A stretch of DNA of 64,000 nt from Octopus vulgaris (taxonomy: Eukaryota), in NCBI GenBank assembly GCA_951406725.2, contig OX597821.1:118668001-118732000 (forward strand), in the 5' to 3' direction. Under the pieces are notes generated by a model. That model was not told where the DNA came from. It saw only the letters and a list, made by a program, of their open reading frames with translations, and searched no databases. Position numbers and translations under genes: made by a program. This document shows positions 12,486-24,101 of this stretch, one piece after another. Position 1 is the stretch's first letter. Each line of letters opens with the position of its first letter.

Positions 12486-13771
12486 CGGCATTATAAAAGG
12501 GAGAATAATTAGAAGGATAGGGAAGAAGGAGTATGAAGAAGAAGAAAAGTAAGAAGGAAAAGAAGAGGAAGAAGAAGAGGTGGAAGAAAAAGGAGGAGGA
12601 GGGGGAGGAAGAAAAAAAGAATAAAAACAAAAACAACAAAAAGGAGAAGACGAAGGAGAAGACAAAGAAAAACAAGAAAGAAGAAAGGGGGAGAAGAGGA
12701 GCAGGAGGAGAAAAGAACAACGATAACAAAAAGAAGTAGAAGAAGAAAAAGAAATAAAAACAAAAGAAGAACAACAACAAGTACAAGAAGAAGAAAACGA
12801 AAAAGAAGAAGAAGAATTAGAAGAGGAAGACGGAGAAGAAAAAGAATTAAAAGAAGAAGAAGAAAAAAAGAAGAAGAAAGAAGAATTAGAAGAGGAAAGG
12901 GAATAATAATAATAAAAAGAAGAAGAAGAAGAAGAGGAAGAAGTAGAGGCAGACGCAAAAGAAGAAGAAGGAGAAAAAGAAGAAGAAGGAGAAAAAGAAG
13001 AAGAAGGAAAACAAGAAGAGAAAGTAGCAGTAGGAGGAGGAGGTGGAGAAGTAGAAGAAGAAGAAGAAGAAGAAGAAGAAGAAGGGGAAGAAAAAGAAGT
13101 AGAAGAGGAAGACGAAGAAGAAACAGAAAAAGAAGACGATGAGGATGATGATGATGATGAAGGAGAAGGAGGAGGTGGAAGAGGAGGATGAGAAGGAGAT
13201 GGAGGATATTGAGGATGAGGAGGAGGAGTAGGAGGAGAAGGAAAAGAAGAAGAAGGAGAAGAAGAAGAAAAGAAGAAGACGAATAAGGAAAAGAAGGAGA
13301 AGAACAAGAAAAAGAAAAAGAAGATGAAGAAGATGGGGAGGAGGAGGAGAAGGAGGAGGAGAAAAAGAACAAGAAGAAGGAAAAGAAGAAGAAGAAGAAG
13401 AAGAAGAAGAAGAAGAAGAAGAAGAAGAAGAAGAAGAAGAAGAAGAAATAATTACCATATACCAAGTTCATATAAAGTTACCAAGTTCTTATAAAAGTCA
13501 TTGAAAATTTGGGAACAAAAAAGAGTTTTTGAGATGCGAATTGAAACAAAGCAACTGCAATAAAGGAACATTTCTCTCTCAAATCCTCACTCTTTCTTTC
13601 ACATTGTCTCGCTCTCTCATATTCTCTCAGTATCTTCCTAAATCCTGTTCATTCTACAAATTTGAATAGATTTTGTTCGGTGCAGTCTGAAAGTTTTTAC
13701 ATTTGTGAGCTTATATATCAGCATCAATTATTACTTTCGGAAGATAGTATCAAGAAACTGAACGAACTTAC

Positions 13772-13843
13772 AAGTAGATTAAATTCGAAAGACCCGTGAA
13801 TGCACCTTCTTCGATGGTTGAAATGTTGTTGTTCTTCAGATGT
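13772..13843 (-). CDS. LRR gene, LRR exon 6: (L)HLKNNNISTIEEGAFTGLSNLIY(L)
   Basis: 72 bp, acceptor CTTTACTGCTATAG, donor GTAAGT, phase 2/2, open frame, canonical 24-aa extracellular LRR. Confidence 0.9.
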
Positions 13844-14339
13844 CTATAGCAGTAAAGAAAGTGTAAAATAGATTAGATGGAAAATATTTGTGATGCAGCA
13901 TGATACACCGTGGCTTTAGAATGAAAGGAAGAGAAAGAAGAAGAAGAAGAAGAAGAATATGATGACGATGATGATGGTGATGATGATGAAGAAGAAGGAG
14001 GTGGAGGTGGATGAGGAGGAGAAGGAGGAGGAGAATAAGATGAATACAAAGAGGAAGAAAAGAAGCCGAACAATAAGAACCACAAGTAGGAGAAATAGAA
14101 GAAGTATAAGACAAAGAAGAAGAAGAAGAAGAAGAAGAAGAAGGAGGAGCAGGAGCAGGAGGAGGAGGAGAAGAAGAAAAACAAGAAGAAGAAGAGAAGA
14201 AAAAGCAGAAGAAGGAGAAGGACGAGGAAATGGAGGAGGAGCAGGATCAGGATGAACAGGAGTAGGAGTAGGATTAGAAGAAGAAGAAGAAGAAGAAGAA
14301 GCAGAAGAAGAAGAAGAAGCAGAAGAAGAAGAAGAAGAA

Positions 14340-14371
<32 letters not shown>

Positions 14372-14736
14372 AGAAGTAGAAGAAGAAGAAGTAGAAGAAG
14401 AAGAAGAACAAGTTACCATATACCAAGTTCATACAAAAGTCTTTGAAATTTTGGGAACAAAAATGAGTTATTGAGATGCGAATTGAAACAAAGCAACTAC
14501 AATAAAGGAACCCGAAATATTTCCTATTATTTCACTTTCTCTCTCAAATTCTCTCTCTTTCTTTTACATTGTCTCGCTCTCTCATATTCTCTTTGTATCT
14601 TCGTAAATCGTGTTCATTCTACAAATTTGAATTGATTTTGTTCGGTGCAGTCTGAAATGTTATACATTTGTGAGCTTATATATCAGCATCAAATATTACT
14701 TTCGGAAAATAGTATCAAGAAACAGAATGAACTTAC

Positions 14737-14808
14737 AAGTGGATTAAATTGGAAAGCCCCGTGAATGCACCTTCTTCGATGGTTGCAATGTTGTTGTCCT
14801 CCAGATGT
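14737..14808 (-). CDS. LRR gene, LRR exon 5: (L)HLEDNNIATIEEGAFTGLSNLIH(L)
   Basis: 72 bp, TAG acceptor, GTAAGT donor, phase 2/2, open frame. Confidence 0.9.
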
Positions 14809-15405
14809 CTATAGCAGTAAAGAAAATGTAAAAAAGATTAGATAGAAAATATTTGTGATGCAAATGAATGAAAGGAAGAAAAAGAAGTAGAAGAAGAAGA
14901 AGAGGAAGAAGGAGAAGAGGAAGAAGAAGAAGAAGAAGAAGAAAATGAAGAAAGAAGATGATGATGTAGAAGTAGAAGATGAAGAAGAAGAAAGAAGGAG
15001 GAGTTGGAGGAGGAGGATTTGGAGGAGGAGAAAGAGGAGAGTAAAAAGAATAAAAAGAGGAAGAAAAAGAAGAAGTCGAGCAACATAAACCAAAACAATT
15101 TGGAGAAATAGAAGAAGGATAAGACAAAGAAGAAGAAGAAGAAGAAGAAGGAGGAGGAGACGAAGAAGAAGAAGAAGAAGAAGAATGAGGAGAAGGAGGA
15201 AGATGAAGGAGCAGGAGGAGGAGGAGCAGGGTTAGGCGGAACATGAGTAGGAGTAGAAAGAGAAGGAGAAGAAGAAGTAGAAGAAGAAGAAGAAGAAGAA
15301 GATGTGGAAGAAAAAGAAGATGAGGATGAAGAAGAAGAAAAGAGGATAAGAAGAAGATAAGAAAAAGAAGAATAAGAAGTAGAAGATTAAGAAGAAGTCG
15401 AAGAA

Positions 15406-15437
<32 letters not shown>

Positions 15438-15827
15438 AGAAGAAAAGAAGAAGGAGACGAAGAAGAAGAAGAAGAAGAAAAAGAAGAAGGAGGAGAAGAA
15501 GAAGAGGAAGAAGAAGAGGTAGAGGAGGAAGAAAAAGAAGAAGAAGAATAAAAAGATGAAGGAGACGAAGAAGAAGAAGGAGAAGAAAAAGAAGGAGAAG
15601 AGGAGAACAAGAAGAAGAAAAGAAAAAGAGGAAGAGGAAGGAGGGGGAGGAGGAGGAAGAGGAGGAGCAGCGGGATTAGGCGGAACAGGAGTAGGAGTAG
15701 AAAGAGAAGGAGAAGAAGTAGAGAAGAAGAAGAAGAAGGAGACGAAGAAGAAGAAGAAGAAGAAGAAGGAGGAGAAGAAGAAAAGAAGAAGAAGAAGAAA
15801 AAGAAAAAGAAGAAGAAGAAGAAGAAG

Positions 15828-15859
<32 letters not shown>

Positions 15860-16248
15860 GAAGAAGAAGAAGAAGAAGAGGAAGAAGAAGAGGAAGAAGA
15901 AGAATTTACCATATACCAAGTTCATATAAAGTTACCAAGTTCATATAAAAGTCTTTGAAATTTGGGGAACAAGAATGAGTTTTTGAGATGCGAATTGAAG
16001 CAAAGCAACTACAATAAAGGAACATTAAATTTTTCCTATTATTTCACTTTCTCTCTCAAATTCTCTCTCTTTCTTTCATATTTTCTCGCTCTCTCATATT
16101 CTCTTTGTATCTTCTAAAATCGTGTTCATTCTACAAATTTGAATAGATTTTGTTCGGTGCAGCCTGAAATATTTTACATTTGTGAAATTAAATAAGTACA
16201 TCAAATATTACTTTCGGAAAATAGTATCAAGAAACAGAATGAACTTAC

Positions 16249-16320
16249 AAGTAGGTTAAATTGGAAAGCCCCGTGAATACACCTTCTTCGATGGTTGAAA
16301 TGTTGTTGTTCACCAGACCT
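16249..16320 (-). CDS. LRR gene, LRR exon 4: (L)GLVNNNISTIEEGVFTGLSNLTY(L)
   Basis: 72 bp, TAG acceptor, GTAAGT donor, phase 2/2, open frame. Confidence 0.9.
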
Positions 16321-17487
16321 CTATAGCAGTAAAGAAAGAGTAAAAAGGATTAGATGGAAAATATTTGTGATGCAACATGAAACACCGTGGCTTTAGAATG
16401 AAAGGAAGAAAAAGAAGAAGGAGAAGAAAAAGAAGAAGAAGAAGAAGAAGAAGAAGAGGAAGAGGAAGAAAAAGAAGAAAGAAGATGATGATGTGGAAGC
16501 AGAAGATGAAGGAGAAGAAGAAGAAGGAGGAGGAGTTGGAGGAGAATTTGGAGGAGGAGAATGAGGAGAGTAAAAAGAATAAAAAGAGGAAGAAAAAGAA
16601 GAAGTCGAGCAACATAAACCAAAACAATTTGGAGAAATAGAAGAAGGATAAGACAAAGAAGAAGAAGAAGAAGAAGAAGAAGAAGGAGAAGAAGAAGAAG
16701 AAAAAGAAGAAAAGAAGAAGAAGAAGAAGAAGGAGACGAAGAAGAAGAAAAAGAAGAAGAAGGAGAAGAAGAGGAAGAAGGAGACGAAGAAGAAGAAGGA
16801 GAAGAAGAAGAAGAAAAAGAAGAAAAGAAGAAGAAGAAGGAGACGAAGAAGAAGAAGAAGAAGGAGACGAAGAAGAAGAAGAAGAAGAGGAAGAAAAAGA
16901 AGAAGGAGAAGCAGAAGAAGAATAAGAATAAGAAGAAGAAGGAGACGACGAAGAAGAAGTAGAAAAGAAGATGAAGGAGAAGAAGAAGAAGAAGAAGAAG
17001 ACGAAGAAAAGAAAAAGAGGAAGATGAAGGAGGGGGAGGAGGAGCAGGATTATGCGGAACAGCAGTAGGAGTAGAAAGAGAAGGAGAAGAAGTAGAAGAA
17101 GAAGAAGACGAAAAGAAGAAGACGAAGAAGAAGTAAAAGAAGATAAGAAGAAAATAAGAAGAAAGTACCATATACTAATACAAATTCATATAAAAGTCAT
17201 TTTGGGATCAAAAATGAGTGTTTGAGATGCGAATAGAAACAAGGCAACTACAATAAAGGAACATTAAATTTTTCCTATTATTTCACTTTCTCTCTCAAAT
17301 TCTCTCTCTTTCTTTCACATTGTCTTGCTCTCTCATATCCTCTTTGTATCTTCCTAAATCGTGTTCATTCTACAAATTTGAATTGATTTTGTTTGGTGCA
17401 GTCTGAAATTTTATACATTTGTGAGCTTATATATTAGCATCAAATATTACTTTCGGAAAATAGTATCAAGAAACTGAACAAACTTAC

Positions 17488-17559
17488 AAGCCCTCTAAAT
17501 TGGAAAGCCCCGTGAATGCACCTTCTTCGATGGTTGAGATGTTGTTGTTATCCAGACCT
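17488..17559 (-). CDS. LRR gene, LRR exon 3: (L)GLDNNNISTIEEGAFTGLSNLEG(L)
   Basis: 72 bp, TAG acceptor, GTAAGT donor, phase 2/2, open frame. Confidence 0.9.
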
Positions 17560-19163
17560 CTATAGCAGTAAAGAAAGAGTAAAAAAGATCATATGGAAAA
17601 TATTTGTGATGCAACATGAAACACTGTGGCTTTAGAATGAAAGGAAGAGAAAGAAGGAGAAGAAGAAGAACTAGAAGAAGAATATAATGACGATGATGAT
17701 GGTGATGATGATGATGAGAAAGAAGATGAAGAAGAAGGAAGTGGAGGTGTAGGAGGAGGAGGAGGAGGAGAATAAGAAGAATACAAAAAGGAAAATAAAG
17801 AACTAGAACTAGAAGAATCACAAGTAGGAGAAAGAGTGGAAGGATGAGACAAAGAAGAAAAAGAAGAAGAAGAAGAAGAAGAAGGAGAAGAAGGAGAAGA
17901 AGGAGGAGGAGGAGAACAAGAAGAAATAGAAGATAAGAAAAAGAAGAAGGAGAAGAAGGAAGAGGAGGAAGAAGGAGAAGAAGAAGAAGAAGAAGAAGGC
18001 GGAGGAGGAGCAGGAAGTGGGGGAGGAGCAGGAAGTGGAGGAGGAGCAGCATCAGGAAGAACAGGAGTAGGCGAAGAAGGAGAAGGAGAAGAAGAAGAGG
18101 AAGAGGAAGAAGGAGAAGAGGAGGAAGAAGAAGAGGAAGTGGAAGAAGAAGAAGAAAAAGAAGATGAAGAAGAAGAGGCAGAGGAAGAAGAAGATGATGA
18201 TGATGATGATGATGAAGAAGATGAAGAAGAAGAAGGAGGAGGTGGAAGAGGAGGAGGATGGGAAGGAGATGGAGGAGATTGAGCAGGAGAAGGAGTAGGA
18301 AAAAGAAGAATAAGAAGAACCACAAGTAGGAGAAATAGAAGAGGATAAGACAAAGAAGAAAAAGAAGAAGAAGAAGAAGAAGAAAAAGAAGAAGAAGAGA
18401 AAAAGGAGAAGAGAAAAAGTAGATGAAGAAGGAGGAGGAGGAGGAGCAGGATTAGGCGGAACAGGAATAGGAGTAGAAGGAGAAGGAGAAGAAGAAGAAG
18501 AAGAGGAAGAAAAAGAAGAAGAAGAGAAAAAGGAGATGCAGAAGGAGGAGGAGGAGGAGCAGGATTAGGCGGAACAGGAGTAGGAGTAGAAGGAGAAGGA
18601 GAAGAAGAAGAAGAAGAAGAAGAGAAGAGATGAAGGAGAAGAAGAAGAAAAAAAGAAGACGAATAAGAAGACGAATAGGAGAAAAAGGAGAAGAAAAAGA
18701 AGAAGACGATGAAGAAGAAGAAGAAGAAGAAGAAGAAGAAGAAGAAGAAGAAGAAGAAGAAGAAGAAGAAGAAGAAGAAGAAGAAGACGAAGAAGAAGAC
18801 GAAGAAGAAGAAAAAGGAAGAAGATAAGAAGAAATTACCATATACTAATACAAATTCATATAAAAGTCATTGAAATTTGGGGAACAAAAATGAGTTTTTG
18901 AGATGCGAATAGAAACAAAGCAACTGCAATAAAGGAACATTAAATTTTTCCTATTATTTCACTTTCTCTCTCAAATTCTCTCTCTTTCTTTCACATTGTC
19001 TCGCTCTCTCATATTCTCTTTGTATCTTCCTAAATCGTGTTCATTCTACAAATTTGAATTGATTTTGTTCGGTGCAGTCTGAAATATTTTACATTTGGGA
19101 AATTATATATATACATCAAATATTACTTTCGGAAAAGAGTATCAAGAGACTGAACGAACTTAC

Positions 19164-19235
19164 AAGCCCTTTAAATTGGAAAGCCCCGCGAATGCACCTT
19201 CTTCGATGGTTGAAATGCCGTTGTTCTGCAGACGT
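19164..19235 (-). CDS. LRR gene, LRR exon 2: (L)RLQNNGISTIEEGAFAGLSNLKG(L)
   Basis: 72 bp, TAG acceptor, GTAAGT donor, phase 2/2, open frame. Confidence 0.9.
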
Positions 19236-19828
19236 CTATAGCAATAAAGAAAGAGTAAAGTAGATCATAAGGAAAATATTTGTGATGCAGCATGAAACAC
19301 CGTGGCTTTAGAATGAAAGGAAGAAAAAGAATACAGATAACGAAGAAGAAGTAGAAGAAGAAGAAGAAGAAGAAGAAGAAGAAGAAGAAGAAGAAGAAGA
19401 AGAAGAAGAAGAAGAAGAAGAAGAAGAAGAAGAAGAAGAAGAAGAAGAAGAAGAAGAAGCAGAAGAAGAAGAAGAAGAAGATAAGAAGGACATAAGAAAT
19501 TACCATATACTAATACAAATTCATATAAAAGTCATTGAAATTTGGGGATCAAAAATGAGTTTTTGAGATGCGAATTGAAACAAAGCAACTACAATAAAGG
19601 AACATTAAATTTTTCCTATTATTTCACTTTCTCTCTCAAATTCTCTCTCTTTCTTTCACATTGTTTCGCTCTCTTATATTCTCTTTGTATCTTCCTAAAT
19701 CGTGTTAATTCTACAAATTTGAATTGATTTTGTTCGGTGCAGTCTGAAATATTTTACATTTGTGAGCTTATATATCAGCATCAATTATCATTTTCGGAAA
19801 ATAGTATCAAGAAACTGAATGAACTTAC

Positions 19829-19900
19829 AAGTACTTTAAATACGAAAGCCCCGTGAATGCACCTTCTTCCATGGTTGAAATGCTGTTGTTCACCAGATCT
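19829..19900 (-). CDS. LRR gene, LRR exon 1: (L)DLVNNSISTMEEGAFTGLSYLKY(L)
   Basis: 72 bp, TAG acceptor, GTAAGT donor, phase 2/2. Joins in frame to the LRRNT exon (...IPPNTTS-L-DLVNNSI). Confidence 0.9.
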
Positions 19901-21091
19901 CTATAGCAGTAAAGAAAGAGTAAAAAAATATTTTAAGGAAAGCATTTGTGATGCAACATGAAACACCGTGGCTTTAGAATGAAAGGAAGAAAAAGAAGAA
20001 GGAGAAGAAAAAGAAGAAGAAGAGGAAGAAAAAGAAGAATATGATGATGATGATAATGATGATGATGATGAAGAAGATGAAGAAGAAGGGTGTGGAGTTG
20101 GAGGAGGAGGAGGAGGAGGAGGAGGGGGAGATGGAGGAGGAGTATAAGAAGAATACAAAGTGGAAGAAAAGAAGCCGAACAAGAAGACCACAAGTAGGAG
20201 AAATAGGAGAAGAAGAAGGATAAGACAAAGAAGAAAAAGTGGAAGAAGAAGAAGAATAAGAAGAAGGAGAAGAAGAAGAAGAAGAAGAAGGAGAAGGAAA
20301 ATAAGATAAGAACAAGAAGAAGGAGGAGGAGGAGGAAGTGGAAGAGGAGCAGGATCAGGAGGAACAGGAGTAGGAGAAGAAGGAGAAGAAGAAGAAGAAG
20401 AAGAAGAAGCATAAGAGGAAGGATAAGAAGAAGAAGATGAAGAAAAAGAAGTTAATGATCATGATGATGATGATACTAAGGAGGAGGATGAGGGGTGGAA
20501 GATGAGGAGATTGAGAAGGAGAAGGAGAAGGAGAATAAGAAGAATAAGAAGAGGAAGGAAAAGTAGGCGAACAAGATGTGCCACAAGTAGGAGAAATAGA
20601 AGAAGGATAAGACAATGAAGAAGAAGAAGAAGAAGAAGAAGAAGAAGAGAAAAAGAAGAAGTAGGAGGGGCGGAGGAGAGGGGTGAAGAGGAGGGGGAGG
20701 AGGATGAGATAGTGGAAGATGAGCAGGTTCAGGTGGAACAGGAGTAGGAGGAGGAGGAGAAGAAGAAGAAAAAGACAAAAAGAAGGATGAGTAGGTGGAG
20801 GGGAGGGGAGAGGAGGAGGAGGAGGAGCAGGTTCAGGAGGAACAGGAGTAGGAGAAGGAGAGGGAGAAGAAGGAGAAGAAGAAGAGAAAAAGAAGGATGA
20901 GTAGGTGGAGGGGAGGGGAGGTTAGGAGGAGGGGGAGGAGGAGGAGCAGGTTCAGGAGGAACAGGAGTAGGAGAAGGAGAGGGAGAAGAAGGAGAAGAAG
21001 AAGAGAAAAACAAGGAGGAGTAGGGGGGGAGGGGAGGGGAGGGGAGGGGGGAGCAGGTTCAGGAGGAACAGGAGTAGGAGAAGGAGAGGTA

Positions 21092-21122
<31 letters not shown>

Positions 21123-21199
21123 AAGAAGAAGGTGATGATGATGATGAACATGAAAAAGATGAGCAACAAGAACAAGTAGAAGAATGATGATCAAATTTG

Positions 21200-21905
21200 A
21201 CATTCTGAATAAGGCTCTGAATAATAATGGATCACGTTTTCACTCTATCTACATCCCATTTCCTGATCCGAGCAGTGGAATGAACAAATCGAAAAATGGA
21301 TGAACGATGGCAACTTTGTAAATTCAAGGAATTACATTGAAGCAACAGGATGGAATTCCACTTTAATAATTGCAAATGCCTTTTTAGGCAACACGAAAAC
21401 ATCGAACAGTGCTGAAATAATCGACAACATGCTGGAGAGCTTTTAGCATTTGGGCACAAATATCAGTATATAGCCGCACTATTTCCACAACTACAACAAA
21501 CAAGGAGAACATTTCCTTCGGGACATAAAAGGAATGAGACAAAGGTAACAAGGCGGATATGATGGCGGAGGTTCAGCACTCAAGAAAATCATCCAAACGC
21601 AAATTCTTGAGATATTACACATAAACAATGATGACCTTTGTCTATAGAAAGTTTAAGAATTTTACTAGATTTTCAATAGAATTTAAAAAAAAAACTTTTT
21701 GGTTTTGAAGAAAAACCAGTTTCTATGTATGTTTTTATGTTATGCCTTGATCCACATAAGCTTTTTTATTGGAAAAATAATGAAATTCTGGGAACCAATT
21801 ATCTTAAAATCGTGATGTGATGGCAATAAATAGGTGTCATTTTCGGATACTGTGTGTCAAAACAATTCTGGTTCAGCTTCAGATGTTTTTGTTTACCTAA
21901 CAGGA
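21200..21905 (+). mobile_element. Decayed DNA transposon 3' remnant, Chapaev3-like
   Basis: Frameshifted peptide pieces such as 'FLGNTKTSNSAEIIDNMLESF*HLG', 'HYFH' and 'QGEHFLRDIKGMRQR*QG' resemble the Chapaev3 transposase C-terminus (..HxLHSH..QGERFHQDI..RYQG). Family recalled from memory. Confidence 0.55.
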
Positions 21906-22269
21906 TTTCCAAAGTATTTTCTTGAATAAAATTCAACTTTGCCTTACACCTAGAACAGAGGTTTCCATTTACAGATCTATGAATTCTGATAGCCATAAAA
22001 ATGTCATATTTTCTTTTGATTAGGAAAAAAGCACTTTTCAATACTCTTCACAGGACGGTCGATTCCAATGGGAAGAAGAGAGGATCAGAATGCTTAAAAC
22101 GAAAGGGATTTCACTAAAGGAACTCAAACTGCCAAATGGTGGTGTCGAACCGAAATGTGGTTTAAGCCTACCAATCAAATAGATCATTAGAGTAGAGACA
22201 GAGAACGGGTACAGCATACCTGTGGAGCACAGCCAAGGGTACCCTCAAGGTTACTTGAATGGTAGCCCT

Positions 22270-22915
22270 GGTTTACTTGTCGTTGAAAATGCTGGGCTTC
22301 ATTAGCAACGAGCATCTCTCTTGGCGAAAGCAGATCCCTAGCACAGCTAGGACAGAATCCAAAAGAATAACCCTTCCCATTGGAGCCAGAAGTTATCTCG
22401 GTCCCCTACAGCTGTTGACACTTTACAATGTTCAAATAAAGCCCACTATGAGGAATTCTCCTCCTTTGGAACCGTGTTGCACATAGACATCCTGGATCGC
22501 ATTTAGAAAAGGACGACTTGGTTACATGGCAATCCATCCTTAACAGACACACTTTATTCTCTGTTTCACAGACAGGTTGTCTTCTCTCAGTGTTTTTTTT
22601 TCTTTCGCTGTTATATTACAGACTCTTCTTCCAGGAGCTGACTGACCGCGTATCCACACCAATCAGGTACTGCCAATTCACTTGTCTATCCCCTTCGTAT
22701 CATCCTTGATTCATTAAACCTCAGCCCGTTCCCAGTGTTAACCATTATGCTTAATCCTTAATCCCCCAAAACATCGTCCATCTTCCTGTAAGTGTTGAAC
22801 TGTGACAATTTAATCGGAATCTTAATGGTATCTCTTTCATCCGTATTGGAGAACCTGCAAGAGTTATGGAACTTGTCTGCTCCTTTCTCTAACATCGGAA
22901 AAATAAAAAAAATAG
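22270..22915 (+). mobile_element. Old LINE (CR1/Jockey-group) 3' remnant
   Basis: 'LSWRKQIPSTARTESKR...YLGPLQLLTLYNVQIKPTM' resembles the post-RT region of these LINEs; A-rich end at ~22900. Confidence 0.55.
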
Positions 22916-23830
22916 CATCACAAGCCATCGGACACTGCGTCTGATTCGACGTCCTTACAGTTACCCTATAAAGATTTATGGTTGTTTTTTTGATCTCAAA
23001 AATGTATCACATAAGGTCGACCTCGGAGGAATTTGAAGTTAGATTGTCAAGTGTTACAACAAATGCTCGATTTCTGCTAATTCGCTCTTAAATTATGAAT
23101 GATGAAAATATTTAACTTATTAAATAGAATATCGACTTTACTATTCAACATCTTGAGGTATAAGAGATTTAGATAATACCGTTATTCAAATTTTGCTGTT
23201 TGTTTTACGTTAGGATTTTCTCATTTGGTCAAAACGTTCCCAATTTGTTGAGAAATAGATCTGATTGAATGAATCGATCCGCTTACATATAATTATATTT
23301 GATTAAAACTGTGAGTTTATAGTGATTTATGCAATGATGCAAGTCATTTAAGTAGAAATAATCGCCTGGAACATAGATTACTTGCTGTGATTGTCACGAG
23401 TGTGTATTAAATCATATATCTTATTTTATGCCATCTTTTAAGACGTTAATGTTTGAAGAACATATAATTCTAAGATTGCTGTTTATCACAAATTTGGGAA
23501 ATGATAAGAGTTGAACCCACTGCCGTAAGTTAATAAAGCACGTAAATGTTTCATCAGTTTTCAGTCGAACTGGGACAGATCAATCAGTTGAAATTTCAAT
23601 TAATCTTAAATCATTTTATCTCTAATAAAATGATCGAAGACGTGCGGTACTGTGTCCAGTTTTTTTTCTTCCATGTTATTAAAAAAGTCATATTACTATA
23701 AAGTTTATTTTTATATTAAACATAAATCATAATGCTTAATATTACAAGATTCGCTTCCGTTTTAAATATCAGCTTCCGTTTGAATTCCATATGTAAACAA
23801 ATAGTTTTTCTTCGCGTTCGTAAAAAATGT

Positions 23831-24101
23831 AAACAATTGCAGTGTGGAAGATATTTGTAAGCCATTCAAGAATACACAAATACCCTTTGTTCGCTTCAAC
23901 AATTCAATTTCATTTGTGTCAAAATATGTTCCTCTCTTTGAAACCGCGACCTGTTCGCTAACAAAACTTCGTCAGTGAACAGGTTGCGGTTTTAAAGCGA
24001 CGAAAATATTTTGGCACAAATGAAATTTAAATGTTGAAGCGAAACTAACGGTTTTTGTGTTCTTCAATGGCTTACAAATATCTTCCATGCTGCAATTGTT
24101 T
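23831..24101. mobile_element. ~270-bp foldback/MITE-like palindrome
   Basis: AAACAATTGCAGTGTGGAAGATATTTGTAAGCCATT... pairs with ...AATGGCTTACAAATATCTTCCATGCTGCAATTGTTT, and pairing continues to a short central loop near 23960-23975. Confidence 0.85.

Larger units (their letters stand above)
11715..21190. repeat. ~9.5-kb GAA/GGA-rich polypurine(+)/polypyrimidine(-) tract, interrupted by six ~480-bp cassettes and two shorter ones
   Basis: Cassettes at ~13451-13932, 14412-14880, 15905-16408, 17165-17648, 18835-19323 and 19500-19988. Second-type units at ~11820-11915 and ~12365-12515. Confidence 0.95.

Noticed and set aside
13451-19988. Repeat-spacer arrangement resembling a CRISPR array or plain satellite
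   Set aside because: Units are ~480 bp with microsatellite spacers in eukaryotic DNA, there are no cas genes, and each unit holds a spliceable LRR exon.
11710-21203. Many long ORFs rich in S/F/L/P or K/E/R
   Set aside because: They are translations of GAA/GGA microsatellite. The real coding signal is the 72-bp spliced exons in a different frame.
21900-23700. Possible extra LRR exons between the LRRNT exon and the cassette array
   Set aside because: Donor-like GTAAG sites exist (~21955, ~23285), but I found no 72-bp LRR-coding frame with a matching acceptor.
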